Positions 12,586-26,329 of a stretch of DNA of 64,000 bases are shown here, piece after piece. Every line of letters starts with the position of its first letter. The first letter of the stretch is position 1. Source of the DNA: Leucoraja erinacea (lineage: Eukaryota); NCBI RefSeq assembly GCF_028641065.1, contig NC_073381.1:70804001-70868000 (forward strand), in the 5' to 3' direction. The notes below the pieces were generated by a model that saw nothing but the letters and a program-made list of their open reading frames with translations, ran no database searches and was not told the origin of the DNA. Position numbers and translations under genes: made by a program.

Positions 12586-14700
12586 AGAGTCAAGAGTGTT
12601 TTATTGTCATATGTCCCAGATAGAACAATGAAATTCTTACTTGCTGCAGCACAACAGAATATGTAAACATAGTACACTGTAAACAACATGATAAATGAGA
12701 AAAATGGTGTACACACATACTCACAAGTACACACACATACATATACTCAAAAAACAAACAACAGCAGCGCAATAATAATAATAATAATAATAATAATCTA
12801 TTGCAGTTCAGAGTTTAATTGAGGTTGTAGTGTTTAATAGCCTGATGGCTGTAGGGAAGAAGCTGTTCCTGAACCTAGACATTACAGTTTTCAGGCTCCT
12901 GTACCTTCTTCCCGATGGCAGGGTTGAAATGACTGCGTGGCCAGGATAGTGTGGGTTGATGCTGGCTGCCTTTTTTGTGGGGAGGTCAGCGCCAGTGATG
13001 GACAGGGCAGTGTTCACAACTTTTTGCAGTCTTTTTCACTCCTGGACGTTCAAGTTGCCAAACCAGGCAATGATGCAACCAGTCAATATACTCTCAACTG
13101 TACACCTGTAGAGGTTCAAGAGAATCCTCTCTGGCATACCGAATCTCCGTAATCTTCTCAGAAAGTAGAGGTGTTGATTTGCTTTATTTATTATTGCATC
13201 AGTGTGCTGGGTCCAGGAAAGATCTTCGGAAATATGTACGCCCAGGAATTTGAAGTTTTTGACTCTCTCCGCCATATAAACAGGATTGTGGGTCCTCATC
13301 CTTCCTCTTCAAAAGTTCACAATCAGTTCATTGGTTTTACTGATATTGAAATGCTGGCTCCATTTGGTCAATCGGTCGATCTCACTTCTATGCTCTGACA
13401 TCACCATCTGCAATTCGTCTAACAAAGGAGTTCGCACTGTGTCCGGTTACACAGTCATGAGTGTAGAGTGAGTTGAGCGGGAGCTGAGCACGCAGCCTTG
13501 AGGTGCTCCTGTACTGATTGTTAATGAGGAAGAAGTATTTCTGCCAATTCGAACAGACTGTGGTCTGTGGATGAAGAAGTCAAGGAAGATGAGGAATCAT
13601 GCTTTGTCACCTATGCTCATTGGTTATGGTCAATGTCAGGACGTTGAGGATCCAGTTGCGGAGGAGTTGCTGACTCCTACACTGATGGAGATGAGTTTGG
13701 TTGGGATTATGGAGTTGAAGGTGGAGGGATGGTCAATAAATAGAAGTCTTATATTGAGGTCTTTGTTATCCAAATGTTTCAGTGAGTGAAGGGCCAGGAT
13801 GCTGGCGACGACAGGCCAACTGCAGTGGATAAAGGCTGCCTGGGAGGCAGAAGCTAATGTGCACCATGATTAGCTCTTAGGGCTCAAGGAATCAAGGGAT
13901 ATGGGGAAAAGCAGGAACAAGGTACTGATTTTAGATGATCCACCATGATCATATTGAATGGCGGTACTGTCTTGAAGGGCCGAATGACCTACTCCTGCAC
14001 CTATATTTCTCAAAGCACTTTATGATGTTGGATGTCAGATACTGGCCTTGCTTTTCTTTAGTCCTGGCATGCTAGTGGCCTTCTTAAAATAGATGGGAAA
14101 ATCAAATAGAGCGAGGTTAAAGATATCTGAATACTTCTGCCAATTGGTCTGAGCCGATCCTCAGAGCCCTGCTGGCAGCTCCATCTCGGCCAGTTGTATT
14201 CTGCATGTTCACTCTCAGGAAGACCATTCTGACATCTGCAACAGTGACAGTTGGTATATGAACACCCGAGACCGTTGGGGCGGATTACATTATTCCACTT
14301 ACATTCTGTTGAAAGTGAGTATAGGATATCTTGAACGCTGTGGAGAGATGTGTTGTTGTCAGCGATACTGCCTGATTTCACTTTGTAGTCCGTTATAGCA
14401 TGCAAGCCTTGCCACAATCAACGGGTGTCCATGTGGTTATTCCCTGACTGACTTTGCCCTGAATTCCCCTTTGGCACCCTTGATGGCTTTGTGAACATCC
14501 TAAATACATTTCTTCTACTTCACAGATCCTTGATGTGAGCACTACAGAATGAGACTGCAGCTGGGAATGGATCTCAGAGTTCATCCATGATTTCCAGTTG
14601 GGGAACACTTGTATCATCTTTTCTGGGCACACGTTCCTCCACACACTTTCTGATGAATTCTGTGATGGTAGCGACATACTCATTTATGTTTGCAGCAGAG
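12586..14700 (-). mobile_element. Rex1/Babar-like (L2-group) LINE, degraded, with a CR1 tail inserted at about 13880-14010
   Basis: FKFLGVHISEDLSW, HLYFLRRLRRFG, YRCTVESILT, RFRNSFFPTAIRLLN; tail ending GACAATAAAACACTCTTGA (also at about 18296 and 62160). Confidence 0.8.
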
Positions 14701-16073
14701 CTCTTGCATGTGGAGCAATCCACCAAGTTAAAGCTTATATCGGGAATCGATTATGTTCAATCAAAAATCACATGAAATTCCTCCAGAGACGTATTGTAGT
14801 GGCCTGGACAAGATCAGGAAAAGGTTCAGAAGTCCTTTAATAGAAACATAGAAACATAGAAATTAGGTGCAGGAGTAGGCCATTCGGCCCTTCGAGCCTG
14901 CACCGCCATTCAATATGATCATGGCTGATCATCCAACTCAGTATCCCGTACCTGCCTTCTTAATGAAGCAGGAGAAAACACAGAGATCATTCCCGAGCAG
15001 GACCAGAAAACACATCGGCAGACCACCGTCCCTGTCCCTCAAGTGCCGAGGGGGATGACACAAGGAGTGGCCTAATATCCAGGGACTAACACAGTATGAG
15101 ACAATATACAAGGGGAGAGTAACGAGACAAATGGATAAATGATGATACAGAGCTGAGAAGGTGGTCAGAGAGATCTTGAAATGGATGTTGATGTCAAGAT
15201 CCCTATATAGATAGGTACATTAGGTAGTTAAGAGGGAAGGTATGTGAAAATACCCTGCTAACTTCGAGCAGTTGAGAGGAGCAGCATGGGAGATTTTTAA
15301 AAACATCAGTTAGTGAGATCAGTATTCCAGGGATTTAGGAATGTGATTCAGAGATAGTGTCCACCCTCACAGTCATTTGCTGAAGGATTTTAACCCAAGT
15401 AAATCTGGGTTAAAAAGCTAGATCAGTAGTGGTAACTATTATACCTATTAGACTATCAAAAATTCACCGGATTCATTCATATCCTTTGAGGAAATAAATC
15501 TTCCTATATCTGCCAACATATCTGTGACTCAGGACTCAATTATTCCTACCCAACTTCCGAAATAGCCCAGGAATAACACACTTGAGAAGGAAATCAACAT
15601 TGGCCAATGGGAGGTCAAGACGTTCACATCATGTGAATTAATAAAATTCAGAAAACGAAACATGTCACTACACAGTTTGTTAACATTTCATCAGAGCACC
15701 TAAAACTTCACAGCGATATGTCAGTGTGGACGTTAGAACGTTAGAAGTTATTGCAATTATAGTCAACATATTAGTCGAGTGGCCACTTGAACAAGAACAC
15801 ACAGGGCCATGGTCTGGATACAAAATCAAGGTGGCAGAGCAGCTTGATTTTTTTTTAATCTCATAATAATTAGGTTTAATTCAGTCACGATAAATGGTCC
15901 AGATTAAATAAACCACGTTGATTTTATGTGCAGTGTTGCCTTCAAACTGTGCAGTTTGTATTATGCTGCCTGCCTGACAGCTATGCGTTGGCCAACATGC
16001 TGGAGTAACTCAGCGGGACAGGCAACACCTCTGGGAGAAGGAATGGGGGTCGAGACCCTTGCGACTCACTCAC

Positions 16074-16320
16074 CGACTGCAGGGGCTGGGACCCCTGAGC
16101 CTGTTGTCGGTGCCCGGGCACGGATTCACTGGGCCACAGCCGCCGCTCGCTGCCTCGGTACTAGATGTCGTGTTCCCGGAAGAGAAGTCACAGAGCGCGG
16201 TTCCGGGGAGGGGAGTCGGGAAGGAAAGAGCCTGGGCCTGGGCCTGGGCCTCGACCACAACCTCTCCGCCTTCCCGCAGAGGCAGCGATGTGACCGCCCG
16301 CTTGGAGCACGCCGGCCCTC
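16074..16320 (-). other. USP45: Probable non-coding first exon of USP45
   Basis: GC-rich edge of the CpG island ending in a minus-strand G|GTGAGT donor at 16074/16073; transcription start not determinable. Confidence 0.5.
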
Positions 16321-16324
16321 GGAT

Positions 16325-16615
16325 CCGCGCATGCGCCCGCTCCGTCAGGTGGACATGATCCTCGACTCGGCTCCAGGCCGGTCCCAATCGCCCGCGCATG
16401 CGCTCACCGCTTGCTCCGTCAGTTGGTCGACGCCGGCTCTACGCATGCGCTCATCGCCCGTTCCGACTCGGCTCCAGGCCGGTCCCAATCGCCCGCGCAT
16501 GCGCTCACCGCTTGCTCCGTCAGGTGGTCGACGCCGGCTCCACGCATGCGCTCCTCTCCCGTTCCGACTCGGCTCCAGGCCGGTCCCAATCGCCCGCGCA
16601 TGCGCTCACGCCCGC
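16325..16615. repeat. 101-bp tandem repeat (about 2.7 copies)
   Basis: GCGCATGCGC recurs at 16394, 16495 and 16596 within near-identical units. Confidence 0.9.
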
Positions 16616-16644
16616 TCCCGAAGCGCGGCTGGGCGGAGCCGATC

Positions 16645-16900
16645 TGAGCCGAGTCCGGCCGAGCTTGTCCGGGCGGGGAGAGCCGAGCCGAGTCGTGTGT
16701 GTCCGGGCGGGGAGCCGAGCCGAGTCGTGTGTGTCCGGGCGGGGAGCCGAGCCGAGCCGAGCCGAGCTTGTCCGGGCGGGAGCCGAGCCGAGTCGTGTGT
16801 GTCCGGGCGGGGAGCCGAGCTTACCCGAGTGGGGAGAGCCGAACCGAGTCGTGTGTGTCCGGGCGGGGAGCCGAGCTTGCCCGAGTCGAGCTTGTGGTCG
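16645..16900. repeat. GC-rich minisatellite (GAGCCGAGCCGAGTCGTGTGTGTCCGGGCGGG, roughly 30-35 bp unit)
   Basis: About 6 imperfect units directly visible. Confidence 0.9.
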
Positions 16901-16990
16901 AGCATGTCCTGGCCGAGCCTATCCGGGTGGGGTGGGTTTGGAGGGAAGGTTCGTCTGGGTCCGGGCGAGTCGTGAGTGGTTTCAGGAGTC

Positions 16991-17087
16991 ATGGCCGGCG
17001 TGGCCGGCTTGGTGACGGCGCTGCTACTGCGGACAGTGAGCCGGGGATGGGCTGTGGAAATGTGCCGCCAGCAAAGGAGGTGTTGGG
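16991..17087 (+). CDS. TSTD3: TSTD3 exon 1 (MAGVAGLVTALLLRTVSRGWAVEMCRQQRRCW)
   Basis: ATG in gtcATGG context at the island edge; G|GTGAGT donor; phase 1 matches exon 2. Confidence 0.72.
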
Positions 17088-17180
17088 GTGAGTAAAGAGA
17101 GGGGCCTGAGCCTCACTCATTGTGTAAACCCATGCAGATAACATAACATGCTGGAAGGTCAGGTCAGGCCGCACCTATAG

Positions 17181-18212
17181 TAGCAATGTTACAAAATTTT
17201 GAGATTTTAAAAATCAAGTCTGCAATTTATCCCATCAGATAAAGCATAAAAAGAAGTTTAATTTGACACCTATTTAACTTTCATATCTCAAGTATTTAAA
17301 AAGTTATGGCCATTTCCATACTCGGAAATTAGCATCTTGTTCCTATTGATTTTCTATGGACATAACATAAAAGCTGTGATCGTGGACAGTCAAAAGCCCA
17401 TAACATTCTTAAAAATTAAAAGAACTAAATGAAATTTTCAGTTATCATAGATTGAAGCATTCTGAAACAAATATAAATCAATCTTACTTGGATGACCTGA
17501 AATTAAAGCATATAATTAGTTAGTTACCCAATTGGAGCTAATTTCAAACTTCAATTACTAGATCTATCTATTTCTTAATAAATGATTAACATTTTTAAAT
17601 AGCCTAAGTGTCCAAATAATATTCACAAATAATTCACAATAAAACATGATTTTTAAATCTCATTTACATTCATTTATAGGCCAAATGGAAGAAATTTAGT
17701 GTTCAATTGCTCTAAATTAAAGTCAATTTAAATCAGCTCTCTAGTGGGATTCTGTGAACGCGCTGGTTTAGAACGTTCACATTGCGCTAGATTTGTGCCC
17801 TCAAATGCCCAGAAAAATACTACGGGATATAATGGGCTCAAAATGAGCTACTCGCAACATTAAACTTTGTATAAAGGAATCTTAAGAAGCCCTTTTTAAT
17901 GTAAAAATAAACAGCCTACCTTCTGTTGTCTGCTGTATGAGACCCTGCCGGTTGCCGGCGGTCGGGGGTTTAGAGGTTAATTTTTAAACTACCACAACAA
18001 TTATATAAAGCCTTTAAAACTAATAATAGCTAAAGCGACGGAATCTTCCAGCAATTTTTCGTTAATAATTAACTAGGCTGAACATCCTCGATTGGAACAG
18101 CCTAGGGAAAATCGCGTTTTAAACCCGCCCCCCTCTAAACGGCGCCAAAATCGCGCACACAGGCTGGGACAGATTTTCAGTGACGCTTCAGGTAGGCTTT
18201 GCAACATACCTA
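17181..18212. mobile_element. Non-autonomous DNA transposon of about 1 kb (hAT- or P-like) in TSTD3 intron 1
   Basis: Imperfect TIRs TAGCAATGTTACAAA / TAGGTATGTTGCAAA; flanking direct repeat (A)CCTATAG. Confidence 0.65.
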
Positions 18213-18514
18213 CCTATAGGAGACTCAAAATGCTGGAGTAACTCAGCGGGACAGGCAACATCTCAAGATTCCTCGTCTCCACTTAAACGGAGACAAGTCA
18301 AGAATGTTTTATTGTCATATGTCCCAGATGGAACAATGACGTTCTTACTTGCGCAGCACAACAGAATATGTAAACATAGTGCAATGTAAACTATATAATA
18401 AACGAGAGAAACAGTCGGTGTGTATATTTGATAGAAGAAACTTGTAAAACTAAATTGAGAGGGATCTCACTGATCGGATCTCTATATTCCCAGCCTCTAA
18501 TTACATATATAGAT

Positions 18515-19140
18515 ACATAGACAATAGGTGCAGGTGTAGGCCATTCGGCCCTTCGGGCCAGCACCGCCATTCAATACGACCATGGTTGATCATCCACAAT
18601 CAAACCCCGTTCCTGCTTTCTCCCCATATCCATTGATTCCGTTAGCCCTATCTAACTCTTTTAAATACATCCTGTGATCGGCCTCCAGTGCCTTCTGAGC
18701 AGAGAATTTCACAGATTCACATCTCTCAGGGTGAAAACGTTTTTCCTCATCTCAGTTCTAAATGGCTTACCTCTTATTCTTACACTGTGGCTCCTGGCTC
18801 TTGACTCCCCCACCATTGGGAACATGTTTCCTGCCACTAGCCTGTCCAATCCCTTAATAATGTTATATGTTTCTATAAGATCCTCTCTCATCCTTCTAAA
18901 TTCCAGTTTATAAAAGCCCAGTCGCTCGATTCTTTCATCATATGATAGCCCCGCCATCCCGGGAATTAATCTCGCGAACCTACGCTGCACTCCCTCAATA
19001 GCAGGAATGTCCTTCTTCAAATTAGGAAACCAAAACTGCACACAATACTCCAGGTCTGGTCTCAATAGGGCCCTGTACAACTGCAGAAGGTCCTCTTTGC
19101 TCCTATACCCAACTCCTCTCATTATGAAGGCCAACGCCAT
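18515..19140 (-). mobile_element. CR1 3' fragment
   Basis: ORF 18709-19140 encodes the CR1 RT C-terminus. Confidence 0.9.
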
Positions 19141-19539
19141 AGTTGTTCACCATTCACTAATCGACCAGATAACTTTGTTTCCAGTTTGAAGCCTGGTGAC
19201 CCCAGTTTACCCTCCAAGGAACACCCTCCCCCATTGGGTGTCACTTTTCAAAATTTGTCATTATGGACTTATAAGAGGGAGACTGTGTTTTAACAGACAT
19301 ACTGAAATGTATGCAGGATAAGTCCCGCAATAGAGATTAGTGTGCAGATTGGGGTAGGGCTAAAAATTAGATGATATATAAACAGTAGAAATGAATGGGC
19401 CTTTTGGGTTGGCAGACAGTTATGCGAGATACTGAGAAATTAGTGCTTTGGGCTCAGTATTAGAAATAATGACTTGCTTGAATAACCAAGGTATGCAAGG
19501 AGTTGCCACACAAAGGGCACTGATAAAGTTACAAAGTAT

Positions 19540-20345
19540 CCTGTGCATGGTCCTCCTTTGTTATTACCCCCTCACGGCAATTCCTCCACGCCAAGTCCTC
19601 TTTTGTTCTCGGCGACGCATCCTCCGGCTCCCATGCGGCCGACCTCGACAGCCACCAACCTCATCGACTGCCGACCCAGCCTCCCCGACAACTGCCACTG
19701 GAGCCACTCCGGACATCTCTGCGGCGCCAATCCAAAGCCCGGCCGCGGGGCTCCACAAGTACAGAGACCAGCTGCGGGGATCGCCACCCAGCTTCTTCGT
19801 GGCTTCTTGGGAGGTGTCTGCTGCTCACGGCCTCCTGGTAGGACCCTAGACCATGACCCCATAGATGAGGACCAGGCGACCATCTCGCAGAATTACCCTC
19901 TTTCCGATACGGAAAGGTTTGTCCTCAATAGAGGCCTCACTTTTGATCGCCTCTTCCCTCACCTCAACTAGTTCCAGGTCTGCCATAACGTATAGCTTTT
20001 CTTCCGTCGCCTCTGCCTCGTGCCTTTTCCCAGGGAAATGTGCCATCACCACCCAGTAATAACCCCTTCTCTCGGCTCCACTGGTCCCCCTCCTCTTTGA
20101 CACCCCGGACACCTCTTTACACCTTTTTACTTTTAACTGCGGGTGTAACATCAACCATCTCAACTTCTCCACTCCTTGACCTACTTTAACCTTACCCCCT
20201 TTGAACTTACATCCATTCTGCAGCAGCCCTGACATAATCATCAAACCTGCTGACAAGGGAGGTGACATAGTCGTCTGGTGAGCTGACTCCACCACGCTGA
20301 GGCCTAGCGCAGCTCTTGGACACTCACCCCCCCCAGCGTCTCTAC
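19540..20345 (+). mobile_element. Penelope-like element remnant (N-terminal region of the RT)
   Basis: LSDTERFVLNRGLTF (about 19897) and PDIIIKPADKGGDIVVW (about 20228) match characteristic PLE motifs; frameshifted. Confidence 0.8.
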
Positions 20346-21150
20346 TTCCTCCTCATATCCACCCAGATTTGTAACAGCAGCAAACTTGAATACAGGCACT
20401 CCTCGACAGGCGAATTATGTAAACCCGCACTTACGTAAGCGTTCATTGAGCCCACATGGTCTCCACAGAAGTCCGCAGTATTTTGTTCATCTCTTAATAA
20501 TTTTTTTTTCCCAGTCGTATTCTCTCCACTCCACATGAAGGATTTGCTGTTCTGTCCTGGTTCTAACCTAACAACAAACATCCAAGTCATTTGTCAGCTT
20601 AGACATTGGGAAGTTCCAGCAAACCCATGTTTCAGCAGCATAATGTAGTGACACATTTGCTGACATGAATCATTCAATGAACTCTGTTCTTCTGCATTCA
20701 AACACCCAATTGCAGAAGTGCTGAACTTTCTGGAATTTGTGCGGGTAAAGGTGCACAGTTCACCGAAGAACTGCTGCCATAACCAAGCAAAGCGTGGGCC
20801 AGTACTTCAGTCTAACAACGTTTTGGAACTGCTAAAATTTTAACCCTCAACAAATACTGCCTGATCTGCTGAATATTTCCAAGATTTAGTTTAATTTCTG
20901 ATGCACATTTCTAAAGTCATAGTATTTGACTGTTGTCAATATACCAATTGCCATACAATAAAAATTGCCTTCCTAATTATTATTTATAAATTTGTGATTA
21001 ATGCTCTGTTTTTCATTGTATTTTGGTCATCAAGTGAGCTCTGATATTGACAAAGCTTCTAAGTTTGTATTGCCACATTTGCAATCGACCATATGAAATA
21101 ACAAATGTAATTTAAAGTTATGAAACCTTTTGTTCATTTTTGTTATTTAG

Positions 21151-21330
21151 CTCCCATTTCCCTAAGCCAACCCAAAACCTATAGCAGTGTCTGTGTGGGT
21201 CTTTCTGAAACCGTCTCCTACCAGGAATTAAAAAAGCTGCTGAAATCAAACAAAATATTTTTGATCGATGTCCGAGAACCCTGGGAGCTCACGGAATATG
21301 GGCAAATTCCTGGCTCTATAAATGTACCAC
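21151..21330 (+). CDS. TSTD3: TSTD3 exon 2, rhodanese domain (VSYQELKKLL...LIDVREPWEL..YGQIPGSINVP)
   Basis: Rhodanese IDVRE..E...G.IPGS.N.P motif; ttag/gtaagt boundaries; 180 nt. Confidence 0.92.
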
Positions 21331-22700
21331 GTAAGTATACCATTATGGGTGTGATCCATCTGTTGGTATATTGTAATTTACATAACAAATATATTGGGAA
21401 TATCTGAAATGCATGAAATTGTATTGAATGAACTGGATGTGTTGCCAAATTATTTAAGTTTGAATCACTGAGCTAATGCTGAAGTTATACAATAACATTA
21501 TCAGGCATTACTTAGAGCAGTGATTCCCAACCTGGGGCCATGGCAAATTTCAGGGGGGCCACGGAACATTTTTGGGATTTAGGATGCCACAGGTTCAATA
21601 AGGGGGTCACAGAGCTACCCTGTTGCCTCCTAAATTCCTGTTCTAATAAATTTAAATCTGTGTAGTTGAAATATTTTTGATGTTTGTGGAATAGAATAAT
21701 AGAGAATATATGTGCAATTAATAGACACTGATATTTTTATGGAAGGTATGATAATATTGAAGTACTCTTTTTCCGCTGATAAACTATATACCCCTGGTCA
21801 TAAAGTTGCGGGGAGTTCACTGTAATAAACTGGTATTGTCATTCAATAAGATCACAACTGATTCAACTTGTCCCGGTGTGCTCCCGTTTTTCCCTCCACC
21901 TCTCCACCTGCTGTCACCCGCCACCCCCCACCCATTCAGTAATTCAGAATGAAGGAGATTTGGAAGCCTTGGGCAAATTGAATTGTTACTTTCTTTTTTT
22001 TATTTTACGGAGAGGAGAACAATCTGTGCCGACTTACTGCCTACCTTGAGTAATTACTCACGGCACGTGCCTGGCACACATCATTGCAAAGGTAAACTGT
22101 GCCAAATTAGACCAAGAGCAGGAAAATACTTGTGCGATTTGTGGATAAGAAAGCTAAAATTTTAGATGGTCATCTGCAAGAATGAGAATAAATATTGTAG
22201 TAGCCTATTGCTTATGATAGTGTATTAGCAAATTCTCTAAGCATAGCTTTATAGAATAGATTCAGGATTTTCATTCGAACCCAATTGTTTCATTAATTTA
22301 ACTGCATTTGGGTGTGCTTAGCAAATTTCAGTGCTACCAACATTTCTTAATGCCTTTCAGATTGGCATTTTCAAATATAATATGATGAAGCCACATAGGG
22401 CACTATTATTGAGAGATATCCTTGGAATATGCATGGTTTTACTTGTAATGTTTGGTGTGTTGACAATGTTTCACATCTGGAATTTTACATCCCTACCTTT
22501 ACATAAATAAATATGAAAAACTTATTTTTACTTATTTTTGCAATAAAATTCAATCTGTTTGAAAGTAGCCAGTGGTGAGCAGGAAACAAAGCATTGTCTT
22601 CGATATGTTGTGATTTTTTTTTTAAACAAAAATATCATCACTGTTTTACAGATATTATATTAGTTGAAACGTTTACTCTTTTTATCTCATTTGCCTAAAG

Positions 22701-22860
22701 TTGACCAAGTGGAACATGCCTTGCATTTGGATCCCAAAAGTTTTACGGAGACATACAATGGGCTAATGCCAACGACGTCGGATAAAATTGTATTTTCATG
22801 TTTGGCAGGAGTCCGGAGCAAAAAAGCTTTAGATACTGCTTCCATTTTAGGGTACAGTAG
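22701..22860 (+). CDS. TSTD3: TSTD3 exon 3 with the catalytic loop FSCLAGVRS
   Basis: Rhodanese C-x-x-G-x-R-S active site; aag/gtgagt boundaries; 160 nt. Confidence 0.92.
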
Positions 22861-23584
22861 GTGAGTACAGTACCAACAACTCAGTAATTGTTTTTTTTTG
22901 TTTACTTTTACCTCGATCAAAGTGCTGGAATAGGACTGAATTCATAGACTGTTACAGAACAATATTTACAATGCAAGTAACTCAGCGGTCAGGCAGCATT
23001 TCCGGAGAAAAAGGGTGGGTGATGTTTTGGATTGGGACTAATCTTCAGATTCCAGCGATGATGCCTAACCGCCTGTTACTCTAGCACTTTGCGCCTATTT
23101 TTGGTATAAACCAGCACCTGCAGTTCCTTTTTTCGAAATTTACAGCACCACTGTTCAAGATAGGAAGAAGACGAGCATTGTGAAACTACATGCCATTTCT
23201 TTTCTGTTGGGAAATTCCAGGAATTCATTATTAAGTAATGTCCTTGACGGGTGGAGGGGGGTCATTATATGATAAAGCTGAGTCAAAAGCAAAATAGTGT
23301 TTTAAATAGTTCTGTGACTAGTAGGTTAGGTTTAAAGGGAGCCATTGGATTTTGAGGCATTCTAAAGAGACCACACAAAAGATACAGCCTAATGCAATTA
23401 AGCAGAACATATTATTTATAATGGAAAGATAGAGTCGGGATAAACAGCTCATGTTTAGATTGGTATGCTGTAATCAGTGGAAATCAATTGAGATCACTGT
23501 TGGAATCTCAGCTATGTGCAGTCATGTTAATCCATAGATAAGTAATATATCCAAGCCTGCTCCCGATAGAGTGATCGATTGGAA

Positions 23585-26170
23585 ACAAAGAAATAGAAAA
23601 TAGGTGCAGGATTAGGCATTTCGGCCAATATGATCATGGCTGATCATTCAAAATCAGTACCCCGTTCTGGCTTTTTCCCAATATCCCTTGATTCCCTTAG
23701 CTGTAAGAGCTAAATCTAATTCTCTCTTGAAAACATCCAGGGAATTGGCCTCCACTGCCTTCTGTGGCAGAGAATTCCACAGATTCACAACTCTCTGTTT
23801 AAAAAGGTTTTTCCTCATCTCATTTCTAAATAGTCTACCCCTTATTCTTAAACTGTGACCCCTAGTTCTTGACTCCCCCAACATCGGGAACATTTTTCCT
23901 GCGTCTACCCTGTCTAATCCTCTAAGAAATGTATATGTTTCTATACGATCCCCTCTCATCCTTGTAAATTCCAGCGAATACAAGCCCAGTCGACCCATTC
24001 TTGCATCATACGTCAGTTCTAACAAATTAACCTGGTGAACCTACGCTGCACTCTCTCAAGGGCAATAATGTCCTTACTCAAATTGCACACCAAAATTGCA
24101 CACAATATTCCATGTGCGGTCTCACCAGGGCCCTGTACAACAGCAGTAGGACATCCTTGTTCCTAATCCCAAATCCTCTTGCAATGAAGGCCAACATGCC
24201 ATTGGCTTTCTTCACTGCCTGCTGTACCTGCTTGCTTACTTTCAGTGACTGATGTACAAACACACCCAGGTCTCGTTGCACCTCCCCTTCTCCTAATCTG
24301 ACACCATTCAGATAATAATCTGCCTTCCTGTTCTTGCCACCAAAGTGGATAACCCCACATTTATCCACATTCATACTTCATCTGCCATGCATCTGCGCAC
24401 TCACCCAACCTATCCGCCACCCTGCAGCCTCATAGCATCCTTTTCGCAGCTCACAGTGCCGCCCATCTTTGTGTTATCTGCAAACTTAGAAATGTTACAT
24501 TTAATTCCCTCATCTAAATCATCAACATATATTATAAACAACTGGGGTCCCCGCATCGAGCCTTGCGGTACATTCTGAAGAGGACCCGTTAATTCCTATT
24601 CTTTATTTCCTGTCTGCCAAACAGTGCTCTATCCTTGTCAATACCCTATCCCCAATACCATATGCTCTAATTTTGCACACTAATCTCTTGTGTGCAACCT
24701 TGTCAAAGGCTTTTTGAAAGTCCAGATACACCACATTCACTGGCTCTCCCTTATTCATTTTACTTGTTACATCCTCAAAAAATTTCAAAAGATTAGTCAA
24801 ACCCTTCATAAATCCATGCTGACTTTGACCAATCCCATCAATGCTTTCCAAATGCACTGCAATAACATCTTTAATAATCGACTCCAGCATCTTCCCCACT
24901 ACCGATGTAAGGCCACCGGGCCTATAATGTTCTCTCCTTTCTTAAAAAGTGAAGTTTCATTGGCTACCTTCCAGTCTACGGGAACTGATCCAGAGACGAG
25001 AGAACATTGTAAAATGATCAACATTGCATCCACGATTTCTAGGGCCACCTCCTTGAGTACTCTGGGATGCAGACCATCAGGCGCTGGGGATTTATCTGCC
25101 TTCAGTCCCAACAGTTTACCTAACACCATTTTCTAACTAATGTTGATACCAATAAAAAGCAACAGAACACACAAAATACATCTAAATATAAATATCCACC
25201 ACAGTGACTCCTCCACATTCCTCACTGATGGAAGGCGAAAAAAAGTTCAATCTCTCCCTTCTTTGTCCTCCAGCGGTCTGGGGCCTCTAACCTTCGGTTG
25301 ACGGAACGATCTTACTCCCTTAGCATCGGGGCCATCAAGCTCCTGCATCGGGGGGGGGGAATCTTAGCTCCCCACGCAGGGTGATTTACCCCGGGTCGGA
25401 GCTAGTCGAACGTTGTGCGACTTTTGGAGCTTCCCGACGTCGGTCTCAACCCGAGACTGCAAACCCCTCGATGTTAAAGTCCACAGGCCGCGGTTGGAGC
25501 GTTGATCCCAGGCAAGGAATCAGCTCCGATGTTAAATCCATGCCCCGCGGTGGGGCTCAAAGTCAGTCCCGAGCAAGGCCTCCAGCTCCAAGATGTTAGA
25601 CTGCAGAGCGACCGGAAATTCGATCCGGAAAAAAGAATCTCATCTCTGGCAAGGTAAGAAATTGAAAAAAAGTTTCCCCCCCGCCCACCCCCCACATAAA
25701 ACAAACGACAGATCATGAACACAAACTTTTTAAACACACTAAAAGTAACAAAAAAAATGGCGAAAAGGACAGACAGACTGAAGGCGATGCTGCCATCGAA
25801 GCGCCGCCCGGTGTAATGTTCCTCCCTCCGACTAGATCCTCGGTCCCCTAGTATTAGGGTTTTCATTTGTGTCTTTCTTAGTGGAGAACCAAAGTTTAAC
25901 TGTTCTCTAATTTCCTTGTTTCCCTTTATAAATTCACTGACTGTAAGGGACCTACATTCGTCTTAACTAATCTTTTCCGTTTTACATACCTATAGAGACT
26001 TTTACAGTCCGTTTTTATATTTCCCGCAAGCTTTCATGCTCTTTTCCCCCCGCTCTTAATTAACCACTTTGTCCTCCTCTGCTGAGTTCTAAATTTCTCC
26101 CAGTCCTCTGGTTTGCCGCTTCTTCTGGCCAATTTATATGTCTCTTCCTTGGCTTTAACACTATCTGATA
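23585..26170 (-). mobile_element. CR1 LINE (RT region) interrupted at about 25147-25815 by another repeat
   Basis: YLDFQKAFDKV, KSPAPDGLHPRVLKE motifs; the insert resembles repeats at about 29640-29910 and 38660-39110. Confidence 0.88.
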
Positions 26171-26329
26171 AATCTACTGTATACCAGTAATTTTCTGATA
26201 AGCTGCCTTGTCCGATTCCACTCTCGTATTTGATCATTATACAGATTTTGTTCCTTTTTATTTATAATGCTGATATTTAATTTCCCATTTTAAATAATGT
26301 TTGGATTCCTGTTGCAATATAGTCAGAAA

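Larger units (their letters stand above)
16060..17100. promoter_or_regulatory. CpG island / bidirectional promoter shared by USP45 and TSTD3
   Basis: Very high CpG density between divergent genes; GCGCATGCGC (NRF1-type), CCAAT and GGGCGGGG motifs. Confidence 0.8.

Noticed and set aside
15926-17091. Long ORFs (349 aa, 205 aa) across the CpG island
   Set aside because: They arise from stop-poor GC-rich tandem repeats; the peptides are repetitive with no domain.
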